The notes below the pieces were generated by a model. That model saw nothing but the letters and a program-made list of their open reading frames with translations, did not search any database and was not told the DNA's origin. Source: a virus (taxonomy: Duplodnaviria > Caudoviricetes). From it: a stretch of DNA of 64,000 nt. The translations under genes were made by a program, and so were the position numbers. Where the stretch lies: IMG/VR virus record IMGVR_UViG_3300007513_000003. One strand, given 5' to 3'. Below, in pieces: positions 31,101 through 39,451 of this stretch (position 1 is the stretch's first letter; the number at the start of each line of letters is the position of its first letter).

Positions 31101-34100
31101 TAGTGACAACGCTTCACCTAACAGTACTATTACATTTGATACTGCTCCAGTTGCATACACCATTAAAATTTACAAGTATACATCTAATACAGGGTCAGTT
31201 ATAGAAGCAATAAACACGGGAGACAAGGACGCTTGGACTATTAAACGACAAGAAACTAATAAAATTGATATTGATAACATTAACCAAGTGTTTACATATG
31301 ATCATAAAAATAATAAGTTTATAGAGTATGTGGAAGTTTTAGATCCTGTTAAAGGAAAGATACCAGGAATAGCAGATCAAGAAATTAGTTTCAAAACGTT
31401 TTATGATCCTGCTGTTTATAATACTGCTTCAAACCTACTAGTGACAACTAATTCTAAACACCATTGGGGGCCAAACGAAGTTGGCACATTGTGGTGGGAT
31501 TTAACAAATACAAAATATGTTGATTATGAGCAGGGTGATCTGGAATATAGAAAAAATAATTGGGGTAAGCTATTTCCAGGAACACAAATCAATATTTATG
31601 AATGGGTTGAGAGTGATACGTTACCATCAAATTATGTATCATTGTTAGGTGATGGGAATCCTAAATTTGTTGATGATAGTGCATATGTTGAATATGTTAG
31701 AAAAGATGAAGCAACTGGACTATTAGAACCAGTATACTATTATTGGGTTGCTAATAAAACTACTGTGCCGCCTATACCTAGAACATATTTGAATGCAGCT
31801 GGCCAAATTAGATTTACATCGCGAGGTAAAGAAATTGAGTTGAATAGTTTTATTCCGGCCGCAACAAGAAAACTTCCGGCTGACACAGTAGCAAATATTA
31901 TTAAAGATCCTGCAGGTTATGGGTTAAAATATATTGGATTAGTAGATCAAAATGCTATTGTTGGATATAATCTAAATAAAAATTTGGTTAACGATAACAT
32001 TGTACTTAGTATTAATTATGATACTAAGAAAAATAATATACCATTGCATACTGAATGGCAATTGGTGCAAAAGAATAATAAATTATCAAAACCAAACCAA
32101 TACCTAGTAACTAAACTAGCAGATAGTTTAGTGGGTCTTGATTCTAAAAATCGATCCGTACCGGATCCTACATTACAACCAGGATCAAAATATGGTATTT
32201 TAAACTATCCAAGGCAAACAATGTTTGTCAACAAAAACGATGCTATTAAAGTCTTAGTTAATTATAGTAATTCAGTATTTGTTGAAAACAGAATGGCAAT
32301 AGAATATAGTTTAAGTAAACTACAGACTGCAGAAGCATTGCCAATAGATGGCTTTGATGAAGTTGTAGAAACATATGCTGAATTAACTTATATAAACACC
32401 GCAACAATTTCTAATGGATATACAGTGGTAGTTAAAAAAGATGAAACAAGAGGTAATTATTGGACACAATACTCTTGGTCAACAGCTACACAACTTTGGG
32501 CTTTTGATAAAAAACAAAAATATGATACATCTAAATATTGGGATTATAGTGATTGGTATAAGACCGGATATAGTGTTAACACTGTTATTAATTATACTGT
32601 TGCCACTAGAAATGATTTAGATAAATTAACTACCAGCACGGGTGATATTGTCAAAGTTCTTGACAATGGGCAAGGTCGTTGGGAACTTTATGAAAAAACA
32701 AACCCTTACGAATTAATAGGTGAAGAAAACGCAAGTATATCTTTAAAAACAGAATTATATACTTTACCTGGGCCATTAGAAGAAATAAGATATATTATTG
32801 ATGCATTAAAAGATGATTTGTTTATTAATTCATTAGAAGAACATTTTAATAAAATCTGGTTTCAATTGGTCCAATATGCATTAGTTGATCAAAATTTACA
32901 GGTCGATTGGGCGTTTAAAACTAGTTTCGTAGGAGTAAATCAAACAGTAAGAGAACTTTCTGAAATTGTTAATTATAGTTATGATGTTCAGGATAGTATA
33001 GAAAGTTACATTGAAGAAGCAAAGCCATATAGAACAAATTTAAGAGAATATATCTATAGATATCCATATCTTGAAATATCTCACAATGCAGTAACAGATT
33101 TTGATTTACCAGGTTATTGGGACGAGACACAACAGATATTCCGCTCACCAAATGTATACGAGGCAGATGATGATCAGCGTATGCAAACAGGGCCATGGGT
33201 TAACTGGTTTAACCATTATACAAAACACGTAGAATCTATTACAGTTACTGAAGGTGGCAGTGGTTATGGTAATAGTGATATTGATGAATATGCAGAATCT
33301 GCATATGATACCACAAAATATGATGGGGCAGCCGTATCAACAACGCCTCCGGTTGTCTTTATTGAAAGCGGAGCACAATGGGAACTTGGCTATAGTTATA
33401 CTAGCGACACCGACCCAGGCGAAGCAGGCGCACAAGCAGTTCTTGTGGTTCCAGAACATAGTCCAGATACGCTATGGTATTATAGTAGTGACATAAAAGA
33501 CATGGGTTGGAAAGTGAGAATAAAACCAGCATTAAATACTCCAGAATCAAAAACATTTGCTGTTACTGTAGTAGTTGATGGCGAAGGCAATCCAGATTTT
33601 TATATTGATGGTGTAGAGCGTCCTAATTTAATATTGTATAGAGGTTCAACATATACCTTTACACAAACAGATGCAAGTAACGCCACAAGAGGGGTCTTTA
33701 GATTCTCTGCACTAGAAGATGGAACACATAGAGATGGTTCAGGCGCAACCGCTGTTCCTGTAATGACCACACCTGGTTTAGATTCAGTAGCGTCTATTAC
33801 AGTTACCAACGGTGGTACAGGATATGTAACTACACCAAAAGTAATAATAGAAGGTGGTGCAGGTACTGGCGCTATAGCATATGCTAATCTAGAAAACTTT
33901 AAAGTGAGAGATATTTTAGAAACAATTAAGTTTGACCGTGTTGATGGCCCTCGACATGTAGAAACAGTTGCAGTAACTGACGGTGGTTCCGGGTATACTT
34001 CTATACCAAATATATCATTGGCCGGCGTCGTTGATACTATCACGATAACTGAAAAAGGTTTAGGATATACAGTAGCGCCAAAAGTGCTTATTTCTGCGCC

Positions 34101-36948
34101 AGATGAGTTAAATGGTACACAAGCAACCGCATCATTAACACTAGATGTAGATGGTTCAATTGCTTCTGTTACTATAACAGAACAAGGCAGTGGATATATT
34201 AATAAACCATTTGTACAATTTATTAAAAATAGTCCTGCAGATCCTAATCCAACAAAAAAGGCACATGCATCAGCAATAAACACAGGATTGGGGGGTAACG
34301 GAGCACAGGCTATAGCATCCATCTCAGGGGGAGCAGTAACAAGTATTACAGTAACTGAGCAGGGTAAAGGATATCAAACGGCTCCTACCGTTGTTATTAG
34401 TGGAGGAGGTGGTAGTAGTGCTACAGCAACAGCAACAGTTACGTATTCATCTTATAATAGATTAGAGCCTGATCATGAATTAACAAGTAAAAAACATAGT
34501 GATAGATTAACTCTTTATTATGCAGGCGGGCAAACAGGCACAAATAGTAATAAGAATTGGAAAAATGAATTAATAGATTTGCCCAATTATGAATCAATTA
34601 TTTCAGAATCTGGTTTAGAATACAAAGCAAATAAAGTGTTAGGTGCAGAATTTAGTTTAGAACCCGGTTATGACAGAGCGGCGTATGCTAAAAACGCTTT
34701 TGATGATTATGCTGTAACAGAAGAAGGTATTAGAGTTATAGCAAGTGTCGACACTGATTTAAGTGGTGGTGATTTTAGTACATCAGGAGGTATTGATCCT
34801 GCTAATGTTGTAGTAGATGGCGATGGCTTTGTAACCGTATATACATCACACGCTCCGGAAGAACAGATTCCTGGCAGAATGTTTGATACATTAGATATGA
34901 AAGTATATGAAATGCCTTCACCTAGGAATTCGGGAGTAACGGTTAAAAAATATACTTACTATGGTAACGGTTCAACTACTAGTTATGATTTCAGTAGTGT
35001 AGGTGGATTGCCTACAACAGACTATGGTGCAGAAGTGTATATTGATAATGTTTTAAAAATACGTGGTACTGATTTTACATTAAATTATGAGATAAACACA
35101 GTTAACTTGAACACTCCTGCAAACCCGGGGCAATTAGTACACGTTGTTCTTGTTGAAACAGGTGGCGAAAATATTAGCGCCTTTAAACAAGACTTTACAG
35201 GTGACGGGTCAACAACTCAATTTATTGTTAATATTCCTTATCAATATGCACAAAATTTGTATGTAACAGTCAACGGTGGGGATGCTACATATACAGCATC
35301 TAGTTATTACAAAAAGACAAAAGTTACATTTTCATCCGCGCCCGGCGCTAATAGTAGAATAAGAGTGCATACGTTTAATATGTCTGGATTAACATTGGTT
35401 AACCCAGGATCAGGATATAGTAAAGCAAGTCCACCAACTGTGACTATTACGGGAGTAGGATCAAACGCGGCCGCCGATGCTATAGTTAATGATAATGGCG
35501 AAGTAGAAGGCTTTATTATTACAAACTTAGGAACAGGATATACGACAGCACCAACAGTTACTATTGCTCCTCCTGCTTCAGGAGTCACAGCAACAGCAAC
35601 CGCGCAAGTATATGATGATAAAATTGCTGTACCATCTCCATATATTAGAATTGACTCGGAGGAATTTACACTTTCATTGCCAGGCTCACCATCATGGCCA
35701 AGTGATTATACTATTACTTATCCGAGTTTATTTGAGGAACAGGGCCCAGATATGGCCAAAGCATTTGTTTATCTAAATGGCACACGTTTAATTCCGCCCG
35801 ATACAGAATACTACACCGGTGATGGCACAACAACAGTATATGCAAGTCCAACTAATCCAACGGTTAATTATGCTTCAGCCACAGATGCAGATATACAAGT
35901 GCATGTTGCTGGTGAATTAAAAACACTCACATCAGATTATACGTTTACAGGAACCCCTTCTCGCGCAGAAGTAACATTCGTAACGGCTCCTGCAGATGGT
36001 GCAGAAGTTGCCATTACAGTTAGAAACGGAAAATATTGGATTGCAAACAATCAACAGGTTATATTAGAAAATGGTAGTGGATTGTCAACGGATGCCGGTG
36101 CAGTTAATGGAGACAAGGTGTTTGTACAATCATTTGCTAACCAAACGTATAGCCAAGGGAAAACCATAACTATTGAAGGTTCGTCAATAGCAACATCTAC
36201 TTCATTAGAAAGATTTGACGCTATAATTTATGATACTTCCGGATACGCAGGCGATGTAAGTGTTAGCATTGCTACGCCGGTTTATGATATTAGATTATTA
36301 CAAGAAGAATATAATACCAACTATGCTTGGGTATGGTTAAATGGCGTTTATCAGATTGCTAACCATGATTATTATATTACAGATGATGGTTATTTAGTTA
36401 TGACTCCTCGCACTGGAGTAATTCTAGCGACAGATAAAATTACAGTATCGACTATGCGCGGTGCTGAAGCAGAACAAGAACAAAGCATTGGATTTAGAAT
36501 TTGGAAAGATATGTTCGACCAAATTGCTTATTATAGAATTGCAACAGACAATATTACTACGCTTGCTGATACACTTGAATATACTGATTTAGAAATTCAT
36601 GTAACAGACGCTTCTAAATTATTAACGCCTAATCCAAGTGATGGCATACCAGGTGTTATATTCATTGGTGGTGAACGTATTGAGTATTGGGAAATTGATA
36701 GCAACAAACTAAAAAGAATTCGCAGAGGTACATGGGGCACAGGTGTTGTTACTACACATGCGTCAGGTACAGAAGTAGTAGATAGCAGTAAGCAACAAAT
36801 TGTTCCGGGCGGGTCAGACTCACATACAAAGGTATGGTATGACCAAGGAACAAGCACAGCAACAAATGGATTAGGGTTGGGAATGGCAACCACACAACAA
36901 GTAAAATTCTTAAAAGAAGGGCCGTTAACTATTCCAAAGGCATATTAA
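22138..36948 (+). CDS. Giant multidomain virion/baseplate protein (4936 aa; gp7 position)
   Basis: Uninterrupted 14.8-kb ORF after gp6. Contains FG-GAP-like propeller blades, a YHYH domain (~28600-29375), G-x-G-Y-T-x-x-P-x-V repeats and several G-D-G-x-T-T-x-F Ig-like modules. Confidence 0.9.
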   Translation: MAIRKTVNLLPNQFQTEVNKKFLNSTLDQLLSPGTLDIVNGFVGRRDVDNFKTTDSYLLESTADRTNYQLEPAFTIKKDAANLRFTDRLHSGTSHVLGQSAYDYAATYIDLINAVKSRGGNSFDHDKIFSSEYYVWTPPIDLDKITSYARYFWLQDGPDVVEITDKLNIDSEVLGKKNFTTTTGNIKFTNGLKVKFTHADTQPTTYYNKEYIVANVGKSIELIEWNSLITPESNVYSLGKDYITIKPGSIDGNQWSNNNRWFHEDIIAKTAEYNKTVPVYNSALRAKRPIIEFDKDLKLYNFGVSKLTNVDLVDTLFTDAFSNLEGSAKAGTFIDGVAVEAGQKIVFTKDEDSFVNGFIYEIQIVTIGGVETIHLEKITTVADPVEGNTLIAKLGNNAGSQWYYKNNAWIKGQIKSKLNQAPLFDMFDNAGNSFSTYTNSKFAGTTVFSYAINSAGVADTELGFGLTYRNFNNIGDIVFHDNIIKDSFVYTSDVLNNISANIRLAKGFLHKSTSITQYNVLNNWTKAPFESRQFVQQTISVGTELKQFKVTTTPKAETIAKNLIVTVNGKLQVKGDNSETTKDFYIVVNDGVQFINFTRDLVKEDIVVIKSYTDDLIETLVDGETYTIPINLNNNPLNNLDTTTTFTLGQIRDHVGTCVENSLDFDGVFFGYNNLRDIGDINTLGVKIIQNSASLAKAGYILTNNEYDFFASIDHAEIEYNKFKNLFLQTADKLQYNDNPATFVDLILITMFAGKNSTMPYYDSDMVPFSTDNTETTYVVFDIDNKKFELKRTYNDTTPGQTAVLIYHNDVLLIKDQDYTFSTTTPFVTLTDSVTLVANDKIKLVEYNTTLGNFIPPTPTKLGLYPKYTPKKYTDNSYVTSISAIQGHDGSIIPAYGDYKDDVLLELEKKIYNNIKATYNKDLLSKFEIIPGHIRKLPFTLDDINIITSAFLSQWAYRNNVNYTDNTHYDSSNPYTWNYSLVKNKLNSSEFLPGSWRGIYKYFYDTDRPHSHPWEMLGFFEKPSWWEKEYGPAPYTKDNLILWQDLEDGKIVSGPDAGTYDKYKRTGMVANYIPVDSSGALLNPREIGLTGVIDTDTTSDWKAGDDGPAETAWKRSSSYPFAVQKLFALTKPAKYFELMYDVSNVTKNLVGHYVDKDTGLFLVPNSVKTNGFVNTDKSIDYTLGYGNWLVDHAKYLSSDTVKLNTNLNTLSLNLAYKIAGFTDKEKLKIILEQISPTRSSNDIFVPQEDYSLYLLEGKPLAKINYSGLLIERTHTGYIIDGYSVDTPYFNILKSITTSGNTRQVSVGGIQLDSIPYELGKEYAIGQVVEVGQNTFYIVNAEFTATNNFDDDRQYLTSTPTVPTQGGITVLHHDDFQSTTTKVPYKTEYNTIQDVYDFIISYGRYLESVGLVFDNVSDDFGQIEDWDNSAREFLFWTQANFGPGSLITMSAGSNTFKFNLNQTQVSNLVSNILPSSVINQNKQRIAIQDLFYYREDNMFQLSSSEEVDGIFACTLNPIQTEHLLILENETVFKDVIWNLTTGSRQNRIKLVGYKTRLWDGTQQLPGYILLDDSVEVWNVNYSYQIGDIIKFKNKFYATNVSHSPTDLTELGKFDFSKWKLLDKVETGLLPNLDTKADQFRSFYEVEEDARMSSLDKLSTNLIGYQSRRYLENLQIDDTAQKKFYQGFLKEKGTSSVVNKLLRAKVPALDTTIDLYEEWAFRIGEYGSVDSTQTIDLYLEENKFKESPDLIELINSDEQYKDIHITVRPEDLHQRPQEPLYYSKNIFKHKTDNISNRLTLPTAGHVRTDDSEHSVLTLSDWVSSNIITITESIDIQTELLGRKSYTTNDSVQLYNGSVVFFSSSQITPSSYKGKNFVVSGVGESIQLTEKTEFLNSLKIGDKIWVANADSYPPQFEEDSKDWAMYRITNANNSPIAVAKDNNNELTVTFTYPIGKILEGDYIILRKFYNTADQSIDFSGVYKVKENLLSSRTYTLKLHANTSVGPLNGLGDSLAPTPTRGEILLLTNSRYASSSDLYSDAGPRYGWLDGDLAWIDDYNDTGKWAVLEKKNPFTLREQLYPTGKPANTGFGQAISTNKDTSTLLVGSVHDGTSAGNIEQWTRTIKTVFDVTSIFVSGDGSLTSGHLSESGFLLTINTDGLPKPAPFGVFPSDANPNRINSKTFEHTFNIRVGTNTTTSSPKEIGLGGIGIAANGVTFVSPIIDGNLTNDTGPAKGVAPGNWKWNAIVNRTNLGLDASDGHPQEDGEYHYHSGKFLSQWNSGVYTENNYYNNTNYSGDHWRHADGHSKIIGYAYDGYPIYGPFGYQTPGNSTTTPVRMTSSYRTHSSPLSERGYNYTVYPVGSFIEDHYYLDGVGTLDKHNGRYCVTPDYPDGTYAYFLTIKVDGTPVYPYIVGPTFKEQPVLETDTVPSDPGGSNTQTINIAPTNFTFDSNIVDGTKLYNSGLLGWQFDNTKEHDYLVTSAPGSNSKEGYAIILKQKDDKTYEAFDVLRSPSPTTSGFFGYDVSISNNGYLVVGAPGELKSYVYKLVTGITSSSEFFNGTGATPTFATTISYGDDKEITVYVDGHIKIQGLDYTLAPGSITFISGFPPIGSNNVEMRKGNYYNLIQTLSGVSGTDFGRSVAITDDGAYVFVGQPNIEKSGNLQVGSTKVYGKSPNDSFNEVQELTSGVTSELEFFGKQVEAGAFGHIVAVGATGADYAYINETAKLAVNTGEVDYFIDYARVSGTLTGTVANPTVSIGDQIVINGTQVTFTGTALADVVQDINDAGMYFVTAESTSDNKLKITSTSTTTNNKLAVTVGNTNGVAVFTALGITPYEFKASLVHPDGFQNAFYGERIKFNEDASNILISSPVSNSIVDLNMDNSLTTFDQGNTLISDEQLESGSALIYDINSDMSYSLLQRLDWKERRQYDKYGTGIGLTNNTAFIGAPGDDYFEIEEKTGDGVTTAFAITGQYSTDKIEIFINNKKILTGFTSDNASPNSTITFDTAPVAYTIKIYKYTSNTGSVIEAINTGDKDAWTIKRQETNKIDIDNINQVFTYDHKNNKFIEYVEVLDPVKGKIPGIADQEISFKTFYDPAVYNTASNLLVTTNSKHHWGPNEVGTLWWDLTNTKYVDYEQGDLEYRKNNWGKLFPGTQINIYEWVESDTLPSNYVSLLGDGNPKFVDDSAYVEYVRKDEATGLLEPVYYYWVANKTTVPPIPRTYLNAAGQIRFTSRGKEIELNSFIPAATRKLPADTVANIIKDPAGYGLKYIGLVDQNAIVGYNLNKNLVNDNIVLSINYDTKKNNIPLHTEWQLVQKNNKLSKPNQYLVTKLADSLVGLDSKNRSVPDPTLQPGSKYGILNYPRQTMFVNKNDAIKVLVNYSNSVFVENRMAIEYSLSKLQTAEALPIDGFDEVVETYAELTYINTATISNGYTVVVKKDETRGNYWTQYSWSTATQLWAFDKKQKYDTSKYWDYSDWYKTGYSVNTVINYTVATRNDLDKLTTSTGDIVKVLDNGQGRWELYEKTNPYELIGEENASISLKTELYTLPGPLEEIRYIIDALKDDLFINSLEEHFNKIWFQLVQYALVDQNLQVDWAFKTSFVGVNQTVRELSEIVNYSYDVQDSIESYIEEAKPYRTNLREYIYRYPYLEISHNAVTDFDLPGYWDETQQIFRSPNVYEADDDQRMQTGPWVNWFNHYTKHVESITVTEGGSGYGNSDIDEYAESAYDTTKYDGAAVSTTPPVVFIESGAQWELGYSYTSDTDPGEAGAQAVLVVPEHSPDTLWYYSSDIKDMGWKVRIKPALNTPESKTFAVTVVVDGEGNPDFYIDGVERPNLILYRGSTYTFTQTDASNATRGVFRFSALEDGTHRDGSGATAVPVMTTPGLDSVASITVTNGGTGYVTTPKVIIEGGAGTGAIAYANLENFKVRDILETIKFDRVDGPRHVETVAVTDGGSGYTSIPNISLAGVVDTITITEKGLGYTVAPKVLISAPDELNGTQATASLTLDVDGSIASVTITEQGSGYINKPFVQFIKNSPADPNPTKKAHASAINTGLGGNGAQAIASISGGAVTSITVTEQGKGYQTAPTVVISGGGGSSATATATVTYSSYNRLEPDHELTSKKHSDRLTLYYAGGQTGTNSNKNWKNELIDLPNYESIISESGLEYKANKVLGAEFSLEPGYDRAAYAKNAFDDYAVTEEGIRVIASVDTDLSGGDFSTSGGIDPANVVVDGDGFVTVYTSHAPEEQIPGRMFDTLDMKVYEMPSPRNSGVTVKKYTYYGNGSTTSYDFSSVGGLPTTDYGAEVYIDNVLKIRGTDFTLNYEINTVNLNTPANPGQLVHVVLVETGGENISAFKQDFTGDGSTTQFIVNIPYQYAQNLYVTVNGGDATYTASSYYKKTKVTFSSAPGANSRIRVHTFNMSGLTLVNPGSGYSKASPPTVTITGVGSNAAADAIVNDNGEVEGFIITNLGTGYTTAPTVTIAPPASGVTATATAQVYDDKIAVPSPYIRIDSEEFTLSLPGSPSWPSDYTITYPSLFEEQGPDMAKAFVYLNGTRLIPPDTEYYTGDGTTTVYASPTNPTVNYASATDADIQVHVAGELKTLTSDYTFTGTPSRAEVTFVTAPADGAEVAITVRNGKYWIANNQQVILENGSGLSTDAGAVNGDKVFVQSFANQTYSQGKTITIEGSSIATSTSLERFDAIIYDTSGYAGDVSVSIATPVYDIRLLQEEYNTNYAWVWLNGVYQIANHDYYITDDGYLVMTPRTGVILATDKITVSTMRGAEAEQEQSIGFRIWKDMFDQIAYYRIATDNITTLADTLEYTDLEIHVTDASKLLTPNPSDGIPGVIFIGGERIEYWEIDSNKLKRIRRGTWGTGVVTTHASGTEVVDSSKQQIVPGGSDSHTKVWYDQGTSTATNGLGLGMATTQQVKFLKEGPLTIPKAY

Positions 36949-36965
36949 TAGGATAAATATACAAG

Positions 36966-37631
36966 ATGGAAAACGAACAAATCAACAACAGTGAAGAACA
37001 AAAAGATATGGAAGTGAAACAACCTAATGAAATTCCTAATGTGCATATCGAAGGCCACATTAAAATCTTTGATCCTGAAACAGATGAAGTTTTTGTAGAT
37101 AAGCGTAACGCTATTCATTATGAAAACTTTTCTTTGGCATTAGCGAAAAGTGTTGCTAATAAAACAACAGGATTTATTCACGAAATGCATTTTGGCAACG
37201 GCGGTACTTCAGTATCAACTACTGGTATTATCACTTACTTGCCTGCAAATAACTCAGGTAGTTCTGCAGATTTATATAACAAAACCTACTACAAAGTTAT
37301 TGATGATACAAGTAGTTCTAATCCAGATCCAATTCGTAACAAAATGACAGTGGGCCATACTGCTGGCACAGTTTATTCTGATATCCTAGTTACATGTTTG
37401 TTAGATTACGGTGAACCTGCAGGTCAAGAAGCATTTGATAACTCCGCTTCACTAGACGGTACATATGTATTTGACGAACTAGGCTTAAAGAGTTGGGAAG
37501 GCACAATTGGTGAAGGCAATTTGCTTACACACGTAGTTTTCCACCCTGTACAGAAGTCATTAAACCGTTTGATTCAAATTGACTACACAATACGTATTCA
37601 AACGCTTACAAACCTAAGTTCTGCTACATAA
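36966..37631 (+). CDS. Virion structural protein of the baseplate/tail module (221 aa)
   Basis: GATAAATA upstream. Motifs NAIHYEN, FGNGG, FDELGL and HPVQKSLNR-x-IQIDYTIRI. Located between the giant baseplate gene and the fibres. Confidence 0.75.
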   Translation: MENEQINNSEEQKDMEVKQPNEIPNVHIEGHIKIFDPETDEVFVDKRNAIHYENFSLALAKSVANKTTGFIHEMHFGNGGTSVSTTGIITYLPANNSGSSADLYNKTYYKVIDDTSSSNPDPIRNKMTVGHTAGTVYSDILVTCLLDYGEPAGQEAFDNSASLDGTYVFDELGLKSWEGTIGEGNLLTHVVFHPVQKSLNRLIQIDYTIRIQTLTNLSSAT

Positions 37632-37675
37632 GGGCCCTAAAAAACCACTTTTTCTGCTCTATTATTCCACATTAC

Positions 37676-37694
37676 TATAAATAGAATATAAATA
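37676..37694 (+). promoter_or_regulatory. Tandem T4-type late promoters
   Basis: TATAAATA at 37676-37683 and 37687-37694. Confidence 0.75.
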
Positions 37695-37784
37695 ATAGTA
37701 GCATATTATATATGTAATGCCAAATCAATTACGGCAATAATAGCCGCGGCAAACACATAATCGATTATACATGGAGAAATAAAA

Positions 37785-39326
37785 GTGGCATATACAGTTA
37801 ATAAAACAGACGGTTCAGTCTTAACTACGGTTGCAGACTCAACGCTGGATACAACAACCGACCTGACGCTTATTGGTAAGAATTATGCTGGATATGGCGA
37901 GATTCAAAATGAAAATTTTGTCTTTATGCTAGAAAATTTTGCAAATACTTCAGCACCAAGTTCACCGGTGGCGGGTCAACTTTGGTGGGACACTGCCAAT
38001 ACGTTATTGAATGTTTACACTGGATCAAATTGGAAAGGTGCAGGTGGAATAACAATTAGGGCATCAGCACCATCCGGTCCTTCAGAAGGTGAATTGTGGT
38101 TTGATACAGTAAATGATCAACTATTTGCATACGACGGTGGTTCATGGATTCTTGTTGGTCCATTGTATGCAGGTGGTGTTAAAACGGGACCCGTTATAGA
38201 AACAATTACTGATACATTGGCAGTTGATCATACTGTAATTACAATGTATGTAGGAAATTCAAGAGTTTCTATTATATCTAAAGATACGTCCTTTACACCA
38301 AACGTTGCTATTTCTGGTTTTGCAACAGTTGAACCAGGATACAATTTAAGTACAACAGTAGCAGGTGCTAAATGGCACGGAACCGCAACAAACTCAGATA
38401 AATTAGGAAGTGTTGCGGCCGCTAGCTACATGCGTTCAGATACTAATGAATCTACATCAGGATCAATTAGTATTTTAAATGACAATGGTATAGTAGTTGG
38501 TGTTGATTCTGATTTTAGCGCAACAGTAGCAGGTGATGATGTATCACTTAAGAACAATACAAGTAATGGTAATGTATACATTAATGTTAATCAAGGCGGT
38601 ACTCCAACAAACGCTATTACTGTTGATGGTTCAACAACCGCTGTAACAATCGCGGGCGATTTATCAGTTGGTGGAACTACTACAACAATTAATACTAACA
38701 ACTTGTTGGTAGAAGATCCGTTAATTGTTCTTTCTAAGAACGTAACAGGCGCGGGCCCGCATCCGGACGCAGGCTTAATAGTAGAAAGAGGATCTACTTC
38801 AAATGTTGGATTTATTTGGGATCGATCAGGTACTGAATGGGCGGCTGTCGTTACAGCAGAAACAGGTAGTACATCAGGTGATGTAACAATTGATAGTTAT
38901 GCCAATATTCATTGTGGAACCTTAACCGGTCTAGCAACATCAGCACAATACGCTGACTTGGCAGAAAAGTTTGTAGCAGACTATGACTACGATGCAGGTA
39001 CTGTTGTTCAAATTGGTGGCGAATGTGAAGTTACAATGTGTGAAACAAGCGCATCTGAAGATGTATTGGGCGTTGTAAGTTCATATCCGGCGTACTTGAT
39101 GAATAGTGATCAAGAAGATGGTGTTCAAATAGCATTAGCAGGCAGAGTTGCAGTTAAAATTACTGGTTCTATTGCAAAAGGTGACAGGATTGTGGCCGCT
39201 GGCAACGGAACTGCTAGAAAGGCAACAAGAAAAGAAATGACTGCATTTAACGTTATTGGAAGGGCCCTTGAAAGCAATTCTGATGAAGATGAAAAGTTAG
39301 TTCTTTGTATTGTTCGAGCAGTCTAA
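37785..39326 (+). CDS. Tail fibre protein with a C-terminal intramolecular chaperone / auto-cleavage-like domain
   Basis: GTG start after GGAG. Thr/Gly/Ser-rich, with repeated GQLWWD/GELWFD motifs. The C-terminal AQYADLAE...GVVS...AGRV...G-x-I-x-K-G-D pattern is typical of fibre chaperone domains. Confidence 0.75.
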   Translation: MAYTVNKTDGSVLTTVADSTLDTTTDLTLIGKNYAGYGEIQNENFVFMLENFANTSAPSSPVAGQLWWDTANTLLNVYTGSNWKGAGGITIRASAPSGPSEGELWFDTVNDQLFAYDGGSWILVGPLYAGGVKTGPVIETITDTLAVDHTVITMYVGNSRVSIISKDTSFTPNVAISGFATVEPGYNLSTTVAGAKWHGTATNSDKLGSVAAASYMRSDTNESTSGSISILNDNGIVVGVDSDFSATVAGDDVSLKNNTSNGNVYINVNQGGTPTNAITVDGSTTAVTIAGDLSVGGTTTTINTNNLLVEDPLIVLSKNVTGAGPHPDAGLIVERGSTSNVGFIWDRSGTEWAAVVTAETGSTSGDVTIDSYANIHCGTLTGLATSAQYADLAEKFVADYDYDAGTVVQIGGECEVTMCETSASEDVLGVVSSYPAYLMNSDQEDGVQIALAGRVAVKITGSIAKGDRIVAAGNGTARKATRKEMTAFNVIGRALESNSDEDEKLVLCIVRAV

Positions 39327-39337
39327 GTTACAAACGA

Positions 39338-39397
39338 TATAAATAAGTATATATATAACTATATATTCTCTCCCTTCCTAACAGTAGGGGGAGAATA
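39338..39397 (+). promoter_or_regulatory. Late promoter followed by a leader hairpin
   Basis: TATAAATA at 39338-39345, then a 12-bp stem (one G-U pair) at 39364-39397. Confidence 0.7.
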
Positions 39398-39451
39398 GTG
39401 AGTTAAAACTCGAGTTTAAAAACGAAAAATCCTTAAGGAGAATTAAAAAAG

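Noticed and set aside
22138-36948. Intein or intron explaining the size of the giant ORF
   Set aside because: No C/S...HN-(C/S/T) splice ends or LAGLIDADG/HNH motifs were seen. The content looks like structural modules throughout.
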